A DNA stretch of 64,000 bases from Bacteroidales bacterium. Its GTDB lineage: Bacteria; Bacteroidota; Bacteroidia; Bacteroidales; GCA-2748055. Below the pieces are notes generated by a model. It was not told the DNA's origin. It worked only from the letters and a program-made list of their open reading frames with translations, and ran no database searches. The position numbers were made by a program, and so were the translations under genes. The DNA lies in assembly GCA_030589895.1 (NCBI GenBank), contig JAUUZQ010000006.1, positions 898 through 64,897 of the forward strand, read 5' to 3'. Positions 8,315-20,600 of the stretch are shown here, piece by piece. The stretch's first letter is position 1. Each line of letters begins with the position of its first letter.

Positions 8315-9316
8315 ATGAAAGAGTTAAGATGGGGAATTATAGGATGCGGAAATGTCACTGAGGTAAAGAGTGGTCCGGTATTTAATCTGCTTAGAAATTC
8401 TTCACTGGTGGCAGTAATGCGACGAAACAAGGATAAAGCCGAAGATTATGCCAAAAGACATGGCGTAGCAAAGTGGTATGGGGATGCTGATGATTTGATC
8501 ATGGATCCGGATGTCAATGCGATCTATGTGGCAACTCCACCGGATACACATGCTGAATATGCTATCAAAGCAATGGAGGCTGGTAAACCTGTATATGTGG
8601 AAAAACCAATGGCTTTGAATTTTGAAGAGTGTGAGAAGATGCTCTCAGTATCGGAGCGTACGAATACACCTCTCTTTGTCGCTTATTACCGGCGGTCGCT
8701 TCCTGGATTCAGGAAGGTTAAGGAGCTGATAGATAATGAGAAAATAGGGAAGGTCCGGCATATCAACATGCAGCTATATAAGTTTGCCTCTGAGGATGAA
8801 AAGCAGGGTCAGCCAGGATGGAGAGTGGATCCTGCTATTTCCGGAGGGGGACATTTTTTCGATTTAGGATCTCATCAGCTCGACTATCTCGATTACCTGT
8901 TCGGACCGGTAAAGGAGGTCAGTGCTGTTGTGAAAAATATTGCTGGTCTGTATGCCGCAGAAGATTATGTAACAGCCATCTTCTCCTATGAAAATGGAAT
9001 GGTTTGCTCAGCGAGTTGGAATTTTGTTTGCACAAAAGAAAACGTTCGTGATACAATTGAGATTGTTGGGGAAAGAGGCAGTATCTCATTCTCCACCTAT
9101 AGTTTTGCTCCTGTGCGATTGGTAAATCAGAATGGAACCAGGGAGTTTGAATATCCCAGACCTGATCATGTGCAGTATTATCTTATTCAGGAGGTGGTGG
9201 ATTCATTGCTGGGCAATGGAGAAGCACCAAGTACCGGAGTAAGTGCTGCCAGAACAAGTAAGGTGATGGACCAGGTTGTAAAAGAGTATTACGACAACAA
9301 TAAAAACTCGCTGTAA
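8315..9316 (+). CDS. Gfo/Idh/MocA family oxidoreductase
   Basis: GIIGCG, VYVEKP, DLGSHQLD. Confidence 0.93.
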   Translation: MKELRWGIIGCGNVTEVKSGPVFNLLRNSSLVAVMRRNKDKAEDYAKRHGVAKWYGDADDLIMDPDVNAIYVATPPDTHAEYAIKAMEAGKPVYVEKPMALNFEECEKMLSVSERTNTPLFVAYYRRSLPGFRKVKELIDNEKIGKVRHINMQLYKFASEDEKQGQPGWRVDPAISGGGHFFDLGSHQLDYLDYLFGPVKEVSAVVKNIAGLYAAEDYVTAIFSYENGMVCSASWNFVCTKENVRDTIEIVGERGSISFSTYSFAPVRLVNQNGTREFEYPRPDHVQYYLIQEVVDSLLGNGEAPSTGVSAARTSKVMDQVVKEYYDNNKNSL

Positions 9317-9367
9317 ATCTATCTTATATAGTTCAATCGATTAGATCAATATGTACTTGCTAGAGAG

Positions 9368-10141
9368 TTAGTCTTCTTTACCAGTAATCTCTTCCGCTAT
9401 TTTCTTAATAAACATTCCATCCAGTAAGTCAACATACATTAACCTTACAGACTCACCTTCATAATCTAATGTTTTGCAATTAAGTGGCATCTTTTCAGGT
9501 AAGCTACCAGATATTGTTTGGACAAAAACAGTAGCTGTTAAATAGGCTCCAAGATCTCCCTGGTGACTGCCATCAGATGAAAATAAATTAATCGTTGGTC
9601 TGTACGCTTTTGCCAGGGCCCAGGCATCACCAACCATGACAGGTACAGCATCGTACTTTTCAGCAGCATCCAGATAAACCTTGTTGATCTGATCCTGGAA
9701 CTGAGGTACTTTTTCTCTTGCCCACGTCACATACAGATAAGGCTCGCCTCCATTCTCCCGGATATAATCACAAAATAATCCTGTATATTTCATCAGGCTG
9801 TCAGGCGTATCGATGGCTGACATGCTGAAGTCCTGAAGCACAACAACATCATAGTCCCCATTTTTTATTCTATCCATCGTCTTAAGTCCACGTTTGTTAT
9901 TCCAATGCTCACTTAATCTGGCTCCTCCAACTACACTTTTTCTTGTAATAAGCTTGACATTGCTTCCTTCAGAGATAAGAGAGACTATATGGGGCATGTT
10001 TTCTACATAAATGTAGCTATTGCCAACAAAAAGTACTTTCAGGGTGTCCTGACTTTCCTGAGCTGAAACAGATTTCACTGAAACAGTTGCCAGAAGAATA
10101 GATATAAGTAGGATGGTACGTGGATGTTTGTTAAAGATCAT
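9368..10141 (-). CDS. Exported SGNH/GDSL-like hydrolase
   Basis: LFVGNSY, VVLQD, DGSH; signal peptide. Confidence 0.8.
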   Translation of the reverse strand: MIFNKHPRTILLISILLATVSVKSVSAQESQDTLKVLFVGNSYIYVENMPHIVSLISEGSNVKLITRKSVVGGARLSEHWNNKRGLKTMDRIKNGDYDVVVLQDFSMSAIDTPDSLMKYTGLFCDYIRENGGEPYLYVTWAREKVPQFQDQINKVYLDAAEKYDAVPVMVGDAWALAKAYRPTINLFSSDGSHQGDLGAYLTATVFVQTISGSLPEKMPLNCKTLDYEGESVRLMYVDLLDGMFIKKIAEEITGKED

Positions 10142-10236
10142 GGATTGTAATTATTCAGTTATTAAAATGTATATCAGGTATTTACGTATTTTGTTTACCT
10201 GGTAAAAATAAAAATTTAGGATCAAATATATTTTGT

Positions 10237-11307
10237 CTAAGACTCATCATTTTCCTCGTTAAATTTCTCAAGAAAATTATATTTTGACTGCTTCATTTTC
10301 CAGCGTTCACGTGCATATTGCTGCATATCTGTGATGGTATCTTTCTCATCAATAATTTCAAATCCCAGAAGTGTTTCGATAATATCTTCCATGGTAATGA
10401 TTCCGTCCATCCCTCCATATTCATCAACAACAAGTGCAATATGTTCCTTTTTTTCCAATAGAATTTCCCAAACCCTGAAAAGTGGAGTTGTTTCCGGAAC
10501 AACAACAATATCCCTTCTTATATCGAGAAGTTTCAAATTTTCCGAATCCTCTGCTAGTTTCTCGAATACTGTTTGTCGAAAAATATATCCTGTAATGTTA
10601 TCTGAATTTTCAGAAAAAACAGGGATTCGCGAAAAATGCAAGTACTCCTTGTTCTTAAGAAAATCTCTGAGAACCATATTCTCATCAGCAACAGTTACTA
10701 CTACACGTGGCGTTAATATTTCTGATACCCTGATGTTTTTAAGTCTAATTAAATTTTGAATAATTTTATTCTCTTTTTCAGCAAATATTCCTTCTTCAGC
10801 TCCAATATTTGCTAACACAGATATTTCCTCCCTGCTAATAGTTTGGGCATCTTTCTTCCTGGAGAAAATTCTTGTAATAAAGGATGAAATTATAACCAGA
10901 GGGCATGTAATATAGATAGTGAACCTAATGGAATAGGCGGAGATTTTGGCCAGTTCTCTCCAATATCTGGCGCCAATAGTTTTTGGAATTATTTCAGAGA
11001 TAAAGAGAATCAAAATGGTAAGAATGACAGATACCAATCCAAAATATACCTCACCAAAAACTTTTGTTGCTTGTGCTCCCACACCTGCCGCTCCAATTGT
11101 ATGGGCAACTGTGTTCAATGATAATATCGCAGACAATGGCCTGTCAATATTTTGCTTCAGTTTGATAAATAATTTAGCAGATTTACTGCCATTGTTTTCT
11201 TTTAACCTCAGGTAAGACATGGAGGTTGAGAGTAAAACGGCTTCCATAATTGAACAAAGAAATGAAACAATTATAGCAAGAGACAGATAAAAAAATAGGA
11301 GTATCAT
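10237..11307 (-). CDS. CNNM/DUF21 plus CBS-domain protein (hemolysin/CorC-like)
   Basis: SFLCSIMEA, SEIIPKT, SRIPV, VVDEYGG. Confidence 0.92.
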   Translation of the reverse strand: MILLFFYLSLAIIVSFLCSIMEAVLLSTSMSYLRLKENNGSKSAKLFIKLKQNIDRPLSAILSLNTVAHTIGAAGVGAQATKVFGEVYFGLVSVILTILILFISEIIPKTIGARYWRELAKISAYSIRFTIYITCPLVIISSFITRIFSRKKDAQTISREEISVLANIGAEEGIFAEKENKIIQNLIRLKNIRVSEILTPRVVVTVADENMVLRDFLKNKEYLHFSRIPVFSENSDNITGYIFRQTVFEKLAEDSENLKLLDIRRDIVVVPETTPLFRVWEILLEKKEHIALVVDEYGGMDGIITMEDIIETLLGFEIIDEKDTITDMQQYARERWKMKQSKYNFLEKFNEENDES

Positions 11308-11329
11308 TTATTCAAATATAGTTATTTTA

Positions 11330-12916
11330 CTATTTACTTATCTGACTTCCCCACCAATCGTCATTTGGCTTCCACCCCTCCGTCAAGGTATTCCTGCGTT
11401 GCTTTTCTAATCTTGGTAGTTGCACATCTACAATCTTTTGATGTTTTACTTTGGAAATTTGGGTGTCAAATTCAGGATCAGGGATTGGAAATTTTGCATT
11501 TACAGAATTAAGCCAATCAAGAAGTTGAGTACTCATTCCGGATGTTATATCTGTATGATCCCCTGCAACATTATTCTTTTCGAATGGATCATCATGCAAA
11601 TTGTATAGTTCATTGCTATTATCTTCCCAGTAATGTATTAATTTCCAATCACCCTCTCTCATGATCGAAGAGGGGTCACCACCCTGATTACCATAATGCG
11701 GATAATGCCAATAAAGAGGTCTGTTGCTAATAGTTTTGCCATTTAGCAGTGGGACCAGACTAACGCCATCGATGTGCTCCTCAGGTCTTTGAGCGACTCC
11801 TGTTAGTTCCAGAATAGTAGGGTAGAAGTCAGTTCCGCTTACAGGCACATCACATTCCGTTCCATTCTGATGGAGCCAGGGGACAGATATGAGATAGGGC
11901 TCTTTTATTCCACCTTCCCATTGGTAACCCTTTCCACCTCTTAGGGGAAGATTGCTGGTGGCAAAGTTATCTCCTGAAGCTACACCTCCATTGTCGGAAG
12001 TAAAGATTATAACTGTATTTTCCTTGAGGCCGAGTTCATCCAGCGTATGAAGTACGAAGCCAACCGCATCATCCATCTGCTCTACTAAACCTGCATAAAC
12101 AGGATTATCCTGTTCAACCCGAATGGGTAACCTTCGCTCCATTTCAAACCCTGATTCAGCGATTCCGGAGGACTCAGCCTTGTCCCTGTACTTTTCCCAT
12201 TTCTCTTTTGTAGTCTGAATAGGAGCGTGTACTGCGTAAAAGGAGAGCTGCGCATAGAATGGGCTATCTTTGTTTTCCTTAATGAATTTAACCGTCTCTT
12301 TTGCTAATTTCATGGAGAGGCTCATCCCTTTCTCATCAGGGTAATCCTCCATTTTAGGATTATTAAATGGTGAGAAGTATCCTCCGCTATACGGACCACC
12401 CTTTTCGTAACCACCCTTATTAATGTCAAAACCATGGTCTTCAGGATAAGATCCTTCACCTCCCAGATGCCATTTACCGGCAAAAAAAGTTTTATATCCT
12501 GCTTCATGTAAAGCTTCTGGCAGCGTTATATATTCATGAGGCAAATGAGGGACATAGTCGGCAGGAAGCAATACGCTGTTTCGATTCATTTTTCTCCATT
12601 CTTCACCAGTCCTGGCACCGATATAATCTGTAATACCATGTCTGGCAGGAAATTTCCCACTCATGATGCTGGCCCTCGAGGGACTACAAACCTGGCATGT
12701 TGCATATCCGTTGCTGAAAACCATTGCATTGTCAGCAATATGATCAATATTAGGCGTCTCATAATAATCACTTCCCATACAACTAAGGTCATGATAGCCC
12801 AGATCATCAGCTATAATAAAAAGGATATTCGGATTTTCAACTGTATCAGATTGATTGCAAGCTGGTAATAAGGCTGCAGAAGCTATTAGAATGGAGATTC
12901 GAAAGTTATTTATCAT
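11330..12916 (-). CDS. Sulfatase (S1, Cys-type), probable lipoprotein
   Basis: IADDLG, CSPSRASIMSG, GKWHLG, SDNGG. Confidence 0.95.
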   Translation of the reverse strand: MINNFRISILIASAALLPACNQSDTVENPNILFIIADDLGYHDLSCMGSDYYETPNIDHIADNAMVFSNGYATCQVCSPSRASIMSGKFPARHGITDYIGARTGEEWRKMNRNSVLLPADYVPHLPHEYITLPEALHEAGYKTFFAGKWHLGGEGSYPEDHGFDINKGGYEKGGPYSGGYFSPFNNPKMEDYPDEKGMSLSMKLAKETVKFIKENKDSPFYAQLSFYAVHAPIQTTKEKWEKYRDKAESSGIAESGFEMERRLPIRVEQDNPVYAGLVEQMDDAVGFVLHTLDELGLKENTVIIFTSDNGGVASGDNFATSNLPLRGGKGYQWEGGIKEPYLISVPWLHQNGTECDVPVSGTDFYPTILELTGVAQRPEEHIDGVSLVPLLNGKTISNRPLYWHYPHYGNQGGDPSSIMREGDWKLIHYWEDNSNELYNLHDDPFEKNNVAGDHTDITSGMSTQLLDWLNSVNAKFPIPDPEFDTQISKVKHQKIVDVQLPRLEKQRRNTLTEGWKPNDDWWGSQISK

Positions 12917-12926
12917 GATAAAGTAA

Positions 12927-14456
12927 TTAGAAATTTTGTTTCACTTTTAAATAGTATTCTGATAAATCTGATACTTTTCCGGGGAGTGAATCAGATAGAT
13001 TGACAAGCTCAGTGGGGTCATTTATCATGTCATACAATTCCCATGGACCATTATTGGTCCTCACAATCTTATATCCATCACTTCTGAACATTCTGAATTT
13101 CTCCAGTCCTGACATGAAGTAATCAGGTTCAACCCGCTTTTCTCCTTTAAATATGGGAAGGAGTGAAGCGCCATGCAATGGTAGACTGGCAAAATTTTCT
13201 ATTGAATCCGGATAAGGTATATCCATGATATCAAGTAGTGTAGGAGCAATGTCTACAATGTGACCAATCTGATGAGTAAATGTGTTTGGACGAATTACAC
13301 CCGGCCATGAGACAATAAACGGAGTGTGACTTCCCCCTTCATGTCCGTATTGTTTATAGTAGCGATATGGCGTATTCCCTACGTTTGCCCATGCTGCCCG
13401 CAAACTCCAATAGGAGCTGTCAGGACCGGGCTGAACATCAGGGATTTTATTTGACTCGTATGGACAAGAGCCATTGTCGATCAGGAACATAATGATAGTA
13501 TTGTCCAATTTCCCTTCTTCTCTTAATCGTTCGATAATCCTACCGATATTCTGGTCCAATCTGTCAACCATTGCTGCATAAACAGCCATTTCAAGATCAA
13601 GCGAGTCTTGTTGCCCCTCAGACAGACTATTCCAGGGATAGTAATCGGTGTAGTTTGAATGAAAGGGTCCTCTAAATTTATTTATGTTTCCTTCGGGCGA
13701 ACTGAGATTTGCATTTTCCGGCAGTATATTCAAATTCTGCATTCTCATAAATCTTTCAATCCGCAGTGAATCCCAGCCTTTCAGGTATTTTCCCCTGTAT
13801 TTCTCAATATCTTCAGGTCTGGCCTGTAGGGGATAATGTGCAGCGTGGTAGGGGAGATAGAGGAAAAAAGGACCATCCTTCTCAAATGCTTCATCCAGCC
13901 AGTTCAATGCATAATCGCTTATGAAATCGGTTTTATACATCGGTGATTCTTCATATTCAATATCATCTGCTGATATTTCCTTGCCCTCCAGAAAAAAAGG
14001 ACGTTCAAATTCTCCGGATGGAGGTCGGAAATACTCTGTTGTGGCCCAAAAATAGAGGGAATGATCGAAAACGTTTTCAGCCTTACAATAATCAGGCACC
14101 CAGGAGTCAAAATGCTCTTTACCACTCATAATATTGTAATAACCAGCCTTTTTTGTGAGTTGTGCAATATGGACAGCACCCTCACCTCCCTGGTATAGCC
14201 CTGTTAGCAGGCTTGACCTGGTGGGATTGCATTTGGCCATATTGTAAAAAGTCGTAAAGCGGAGACCTTCAGCTGCCAGTCGATCGATATTGGGAGTCTC
14301 AATTTCACTCCCATAGCATCCGATATCTGATATTCCTATGTCATCGGCCATGATCAGGACAATGTTGGGTAAGGCATTTTCAGACTCTGAACAGGAGACC
14401 AATGTAAGAGTAGCGGTAAGAATTGTAGCTGATTTAAGACTGTTGATGTTGAGCAT
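12927..14456 (-). CDS. Arylsulfatase (S1, Cys-type), probable lipoprotein
   Basis: MADDIG, CNPTRSSLLTG, LVSC lipobox. Confidence 0.93.
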   Translation of the reverse strand: MLNINSLKSATILTATLTLVSCSESENALPNIVLIMADDIGISDIGCYGSEIETPNIDRLAAEGLRFTTFYNMAKCNPTRSSLLTGLYQGGEGAVHIAQLTKKAGYYNIMSGKEHFDSWVPDYCKAENVFDHSLYFWATTEYFRPPSGEFERPFFLEGKEISADDIEYEESPMYKTDFISDYALNWLDEAFEKDGPFFLYLPYHAAHYPLQARPEDIEKYRGKYLKGWDSLRIERFMRMQNLNILPENANLSSPEGNINKFRGPFHSNYTDYYPWNSLSEGQQDSLDLEMAVYAAMVDRLDQNIGRIIERLREEGKLDNTIIMFLIDNGSCPYESNKIPDVQPGPDSSYWSLRAAWANVGNTPYRYYKQYGHEGGSHTPFIVSWPGVIRPNTFTHQIGHIVDIAPTLLDIMDIPYPDSIENFASLPLHGASLLPIFKGEKRVEPDYFMSGLEKFRMFRSDGYKIVRTNNGPWELYDMINDPTELVNLSDSLPGKVSDLSEYYLKVKQNF

Positions 14457-14603
14457 ATTAGTATCTTGAAGTTAAAGTTATCAATAAGATATAACTGTAA
14501 ACAGATCAATCAAGAGAGAGTATCTGATTTCTCATGAATTATGGCCTGACAATAAAGCAATTTTTAAATATAAGATTATAGCTCTATGAATCCAAGAATA
14601 AAA

Positions 14604-14611
14604 TATCTTTG
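14604..14611 (+). promoter_or_regulatory. Bacteroidetes -7 promoter element
   Basis: TATCTTTG ends 5 nt before ATG 14617. Confidence 0.55.
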
Positions 14612-14616
14612 TGGGG

Positions 14617-15861
14617 ATGAATAAGTATGATGTTATAGTGGTAGGAGCAGGACCGGCAGGATTACTGGCAGCAGGAAGAGCAGCAGAGCTAGGAGGGAAA
14701 GTTCTCTTGCTGGAGAAGATGAGGCAGGAGGGAAGAAAGTTACTGATAACAGGCAAGGGAAGGTGCAATATTACCAATGATGCTGCTATTGGAGAGTTTA
14801 TTACACATGTTTATCCGGATGGGCGTTTCCTTAGAAATGCTTTTTCTCAATTCTTTTCGAGCGAAATTATAGATTTGCTACAGCAGCATGGTGTTGAAGT
14901 TACTTTGGAACGTGGTGGGCGTTATTTCCCGGCCAGTAATAAGTCGGCCGATGTGCTCAAGGCGATACTTCTTTGGCTTAAGCGTTCTAATGTTGAAATC
15001 AGGTGTGGAGAAAGGGTAGAGAAGCTTATTGTGGAAGATAGTACTATCAGCGGTGTTCAGGTCAATGGAAAAATAATTAATGCAGGGAGTGTTATTCTTG
15101 CTACAGGAGGAAAGTCTTATCCTGCAACAGGATCCAATGGTGATGGATATGAACTGGCGAAAGAGGTGGGGCACTCAATAGAGACAGCCATTCCTGCGCT
15201 TGTACCACTTGAAACGGAAGGAGATACTGCGCTGAGTCTGCAGGGACTCAATTTGAAAAATGTGAGCGCACAGGTTTGGGTAAACGATAAAAAGTCAGGG
15301 GAAGATTTCGGAGAGATGATCTTTACTCATTTTGGATTGTCAGGTCCCATTATTCTGACATTGAGTCGGATAGCTGTGAAGGCACTGAATGCGAAAAGCA
15401 AGGTTGAGATTCTAATAGACCTCAAGCCAGCGCTTGATGAGCAGAAACTGGACAATAGGTTACAAAGAGATTTGAATGAGCATGGTAAGAAGCAAGTTGG
15501 AAATATCTTTCGTTACTGGCTGCCTGCTACGATGATCCCTGTATTTATTAAGCTATTGGGAATTGATCCTGAAAAGGAATGTCACCAGATATCTTCGAAG
15601 GAGCGTAAAAAGATTCGCTATCTATTGAAGAACCTACGTTTTCAGGTAGTACGGCATCGATCCTTTAAAGAGGCAATCATCACTGCAGGAGGTGTTTCCA
15701 CCAAAGAAATTTCACCTAAAAAAATGGAATCGAAGCTGGTTAAAGGATTATTTTTTGCCGGTGAAATGATAGACCTGGATGCAGAGACAGGAGGGTATAA
15801 CCTGCAGATAGCCTATTCAACAGGGTGGCTGGCAGGAAATTCGAGTATGTCTATTGTTTAA
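14617..15861 (+). CDS. HI0933/BaiN family flavoprotein
   Basis: GAGPAG, GRKLLITGKGRCNITN, TGGYNLQ. Confidence 0.95.
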   Translation: MNKYDVIVVGAGPAGLLAAGRAAELGGKVLLLEKMRQEGRKLLITGKGRCNITNDAAIGEFITHVYPDGRFLRNAFSQFFSSEIIDLLQQHGVEVTLERGGRYFPASNKSADVLKAILLWLKRSNVEIRCGERVEKLIVEDSTISGVQVNGKIINAGSVILATGGKSYPATGSNGDGYELAKEVGHSIETAIPALVPLETEGDTALSLQGLNLKNVSAQVWVNDKKSGEDFGEMIFTHFGLSGPIILTLSRIAVKALNAKSKVEILIDLKPALDEQKLDNRLQRDLNEHGKKQVGNIFRYWLPATMIPVFIKLLGIDPEKECHQISSKERKKIRYLLKNLRFQVVRHRSFKEAIITAGGVSTKEISPKKMESKLVKGLFFAGEMIDLDAETGGYNLQIAYSTGWLAGNSSMSIV

Positions 15862-15885
15862 TTGAATTGATGGATTACATCGAAG

Positions 15886-17394
15886 TTATTCCTTGAAACT
15901 GATGTTGAGGTAATTATAGTTTTTAAGATACAGGAGAGGTATGACCATCTCATTGTTCAGTTTGTCGTAGTATTGAAGAGGCATTGGCGTTTTCATCCTT
16001 TTTTTTGTCTTGCGATAAATTATACTGCTTGACATCTCACCTGAGGGACCCATGCTTATAAGCCTGAGATTCGCTTTCTCATAAGGATAGAAAGATTTCC
16101 TTCGAACACCGGGCGACAAAAATTCATTTTTATCAGACTCATTGAAAATAATATAAATCTTGTCTGTAAACTTTGGTGCATGAACGCAGTATGATGAATA
16201 ATTAAATTCTGAATCAAGATCAATATTCTGTCTTTTTTGAATTACCCTTGTCCAGTTAAGTATTCCTCCCGGACTAAAGCATGTAGCTATTATATTCTGA
16301 TAGGTGTCATAATGCTGGTCATATTGATTTTCTGCGAGCATGATGAAATCTCCATTATTTCTTCTGATAAGATTCTTTATCCTGAACTCAAACAATTCTT
16401 CAGAATCATTTTTTTTATTTTCAGCAATCGCTTCCTTCAAGACCGTGCGCTCAAATTTATAATATGCTAAATTGAAAAAATTCCCACTTCTATTGTCAAG
16501 TTCAAAAAAGAAAATTCCATTTGCCAAACCAGGAAAACGGGAGTGAGAATAAAAACCTGTACATACGAGCAGATGATTATCCCCGGGTTCGATCTGCACG
16601 CTACTAATGTAAAGTTCCGGAAGACTCAATGTATATGTATTAACTATTTGTCCATTTTCGGTGGCAGCCACCAAATGATAACGATTGGTGAAACTTCTCC
16701 TGAGGTGCTGCATATTCGGCTCATCCAGAAGACTAATAAAAAAAACATCTCCATCGTCGCTCACTTTTATGATAGATTTTCTTGGTGGATTTCTGGAATA
16801 AATAATTTTCTCTTTCATTTCCCATTCAAGATTAAAGTCCTCCCCATATAACATTAGGTGTAAGTCCTGAACAAAATTACTAAGTGCATTAAGTTTACTA
16901 TAAACCAATAGCTTGTCATGCTGTCTTGATAGCTGAAAACTAAATTCAGACTTCCATCCGGCCTGATTGGGGATATTCATTAAAAGACGAACATCATTAT
17001 TGCGCTCCAGGGTCTCTTTATTAATGGTTTCAACAAACAGGAGCATTCTTTTCAGGCGCTCTTCCGTTGTAAACATATAGATCGTATCATGAAAATGACA
17101 CAGTCCAAGTAACTCTTTCCTCTGAATCAGCTTTTTCAGGTTAAGATCTTCACGCTGAATTAATTGGTATTGTTTGTCCAGACGCTCAATGGCAGGCTTG
17201 TAATCGAAGGTATATGCATAATATCCGTTCTCATCATGGCCGAATATTTGAGGGACGATAATATCTTTGGACAGATTCAACTCAGAACCATGGTAAAGGT
17301 CAATTAATTCATTGCTCTGCTGTGCTGAGGCCGGCAATATAATAAACAACAGTATTATATGAATTGGAATGATATATAATCTGAATGCACTCAT
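15886..17394 (-). CDS. Hypothetical exported protein
   Basis: 502-aa ORF with a signal peptide; no motif recognised. Confidence 0.65.
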   Translation of the reverse strand: MSAFRLYIIPIHIILLFIILPASAQQSNELIDLYHGSELNLSKDIIVPQIFGHDENGYYAYTFDYKPAIERLDKQYQLIQREDLNLKKLIQRKELLGLCHFHDTIYMFTTEERLKRMLLFVETINKETLERNNDVRLLMNIPNQAGWKSEFSFQLSRQHDKLLVYSKLNALSNFVQDLHLMLYGEDFNLEWEMKEKIIYSRNPPRKSIIKVSDDGDVFFISLLDEPNMQHLRRSFTNRYHLVAATENGQIVNTYTLSLPELYISSVQIEPGDNHLLVCTGFYSHSRFPGLANGIFFFELDNRSGNFFNLAYYKFERTVLKEAIAENKKNDSEELFEFRIKNLIRRNNGDFIMLAENQYDQHYDTYQNIIATCFSPGGILNWTRVIQKRQNIDLDSEFNYSSYCVHAPKFTDKIYIIFNESDKNEFLSPGVRRKSFYPYEKANLRLISMGPSGEMSSSIIYRKTKKRMKTPMPLQYYDKLNNEMVIPLLYLKNYNYLNISFKE

Positions 17395-17635
17395 AACCTA
17401 CTTTTTTCTTATCGTTAATCAAATTAGAAAATAAAGCAATTATTTTACGATAGTTTAGCTTGATCGTAAAAGGGGTGTGAGAGCTGGCTCCATCTATTAT
17501 TGTTATAAGGGAATAAAATAGACGGTCGTGTATGCTAATGGTTTTTAACTAAGCTAAGGCAAATTATGAATAATGTATGACAATTAAAAATCCTGAAGTT
17601 ATAGACTGCAAAAGCATATATTGTAAATCTTCCCT

Positions 17636-20600
17636 TTACATTCTTTGGTTTATAATTAATTTTTGATGTGCAATTATTGATGAACCATTGTGCAGACTTA
17701 TCACATAACTTCCTGGGGGGAGATTGAATGGAATCGTCACGTTTGAGTCCATTTGGTAACTATTTTCAAAGACTTTCTCTCCTGTCAGCTTTATGATAAC
17801 TACTTTTATTTCCGACGAAAGATCATAATTTTCAAATTCTAGCGTAATATAATTAGTAGTTGGTATTGGATACAAGCGAACACTATTTTCAGACAATGAA
17901 TTATCAATTGAGGAGACAGATCCACTTACAGTATATTCTTTCTTAGTTCCATTATGTGCAGTCACAGTATAAATAACATTATCGGCAAAGTTCATCAGCT
18001 CTCCTGATACAGGATATACAGTAGCCATTTTTGATGGATATATTGTTGTTTTAACATTTGTAATATCCATTCCTTCTGATAAAATGAAATGAATTGTAGC
18101 AGGTTCTTCAGATATGTTGGCATGTATAACATCATTTAAAGCAAAGGAAATTATGTCATTTCCTGATTTTTCATCATGTATATGTGATTCCATTATTTCC
18201 AAAACTTCAAGCTGAGTTAATGCTGTTTTGAATAGCATAACTTCGTCCATTAAGCCATCCCACTTTCTATCCTCACTTTGAGCAATTTTAAGTCTTCCGA
18301 TATTTATTTCTCCAGATGATTCTTCAATAAACACGTTGGTAATTGGGGGCTCTGCTTTGCCATTTACAAAAAATTGAATTGTATTGGTTTGTGGGTCTCC
18401 AGTGATTGCCACATGCGTCCATTCATCAAGTTGATAACTGTTTGAAGAGCTGTATCCTTGACCGCTTAGATAGGTCCCAAATTTCTTATTGTTTAAATAT
18501 AAAATAGATCTTCCATTTCCATCTACAGATTCTTGCTGAAAGATAATACGAAGTTGATCATCTGATGAAGGTTTTATCCATGCACAGAAAGTAAACATAT
18601 CAGTTCCGGGATTGATTAATGATTGCTCTGTAATTAAGTAATCATCCTCAGCATCAAAGCTTAGACAGGTCCCAAACTTTCCATCCTGTTCAAACAGAGG
18701 GTCTCCATTAATTGATTTCGGATTATTATCGTTCTCCGAACCATCATAAAATGAATTTTCGAATGGATAATAGAATAGCAGATTACTGTATAAATCTAAA
18801 AAATCAATGGCCTCTGTTTTTATAGATCTCTGCTCTCCATATACAATTTTACTTGAGGTTTTAGCGTAGGCACGAATGTAATACAGTTGTCCGGGAGTCA
18901 AATTAAGAATTGTTGAAGAAAAATATTTTTCCTCAATATCTGCTGGCACGATAATATTATCAAGAGTAGGGTTTTCATTATATGCATATACAAATCCTCT
19001 CTCAATTATTGCTTCCCCTCCATGAACTAATATCTTTCCCTGGGTTTTTACTGAAGATGATGACAGGTAAATGGTTTCAAGCGTCTCAACCAGAAGTTCA
19101 TTTGTTATTTCAACTCTTAATGTTGAAGTTATATCCTGATTGCTTCCTGAAGTAATAATTACGTCAATAAATCCTATAGAATCACCTGCAATAAGCTCTC
19201 CGAATTCTGTAATTTCTGCATTTATTCCAGGAGTTACATCTTGAATTGTAAGAATAATTTCCCTGTTAAAAGCATTTGCAGGCAGAAGGTCAACCGATAA
19301 TTGAAGCGTATCCCCCGGAGCCACAACAGCTTTGGAATTACCGGCTGAGAGGAGCAACTCAGATAGTTGAATGTCAGTTGGATGTTGAAAATTGAAATAT
19401 GTATGTTGTGTTCTTGACGTAAGCATTAGAAAATTCATTTTCTCTGTCAAATCCGGGTAATCGCTGGCAAGATCATTGGTTTCACTTACATCATTTATTA
19501 AGTTATACAACTCAATCGGTCCATCCATATTGATATTTACATTTAACCTCACAGCTTTCCAGTCTCCCAGTCTGATAGCTTGTGTACGCTTGCCAGATTC
19601 GTGAATTTCCCAGTATAAGAATTTATGAACCTCCTGTTCATGTTGCAAAGGTTTATCGGGCCATATTGTCGGCAGAAATGATATTCCATCAATATTTTCG
19701 GGTATCTCCTCACCAAGCAGTTCGCAACATGTAGGTAAAAAATCCCAAAAAGCAGATATATGATCAGAAATGGTATTTGGTTTAATTGTACCAGGCCACC
19801 ATGCAATATGCGGTGCCCTGATTCCACCTTCGTAAAGGTCCCTTTTGATTCCCCGATATTCACCATTTCCATCAAATAAATTAATTGTCCCACCCAAACC
19901 ATGGGCACCATTATCACTAGTAAAAATTACCAATGTATTTTCGTCAATGTTATAGTATTTCAAGCTGTCTATTATTCGACCAACATCGGCATCCATGCGA
20001 GAAATCATAGCAGCATGCGTTTTTTGTTCTATTGTCCATCCTTCCATTGAAGCGTACTCCCCCAAATCAGGCACTTGAAATTTTGTGTGAGGAATGGTAT
20101 AAGGAATGTACAAAAAGAAGGCAGAGTCCTTATGCTGGTCGATAAACCATAGAGCTTCATCAGTTAGAAAATCATGACTGTAGTCGTTTTCGCCCGTTAA
20201 ATTATTTAATTGAACCTGGGTATTATTTCGCCATAGGTGGTCAGGGTAGTATTCATGAGCCTGAACCTGTCCGAGGTATCCAAAAAAATGATCGAAGCCC
20301 TGATAGTTTGGATCGCCTGAAGTGCCAGGGCCGCCTAATCCCCATTTTCCAATGCATGCAGTAGTGTATCCAGCATTTTTAAACATTTCAGCAACCGTAA
20401 AAGTTTCGTTTGGAATAGGTTTGTCATAATTGTTAGATGCCCAGTTACTTCTAATATAAGTATGCCCGGTGTGCATGCCTGTCATTAAAACATTTCTTGT
20501 TGGTGCGCAAACAGATGAACCTGAATAATGTTGGGTAAAAAGCATTCCTTCGCTTGCCAGCTTATCAATTGAAGGTGTTTTTATCAGACTTTGTCCATAA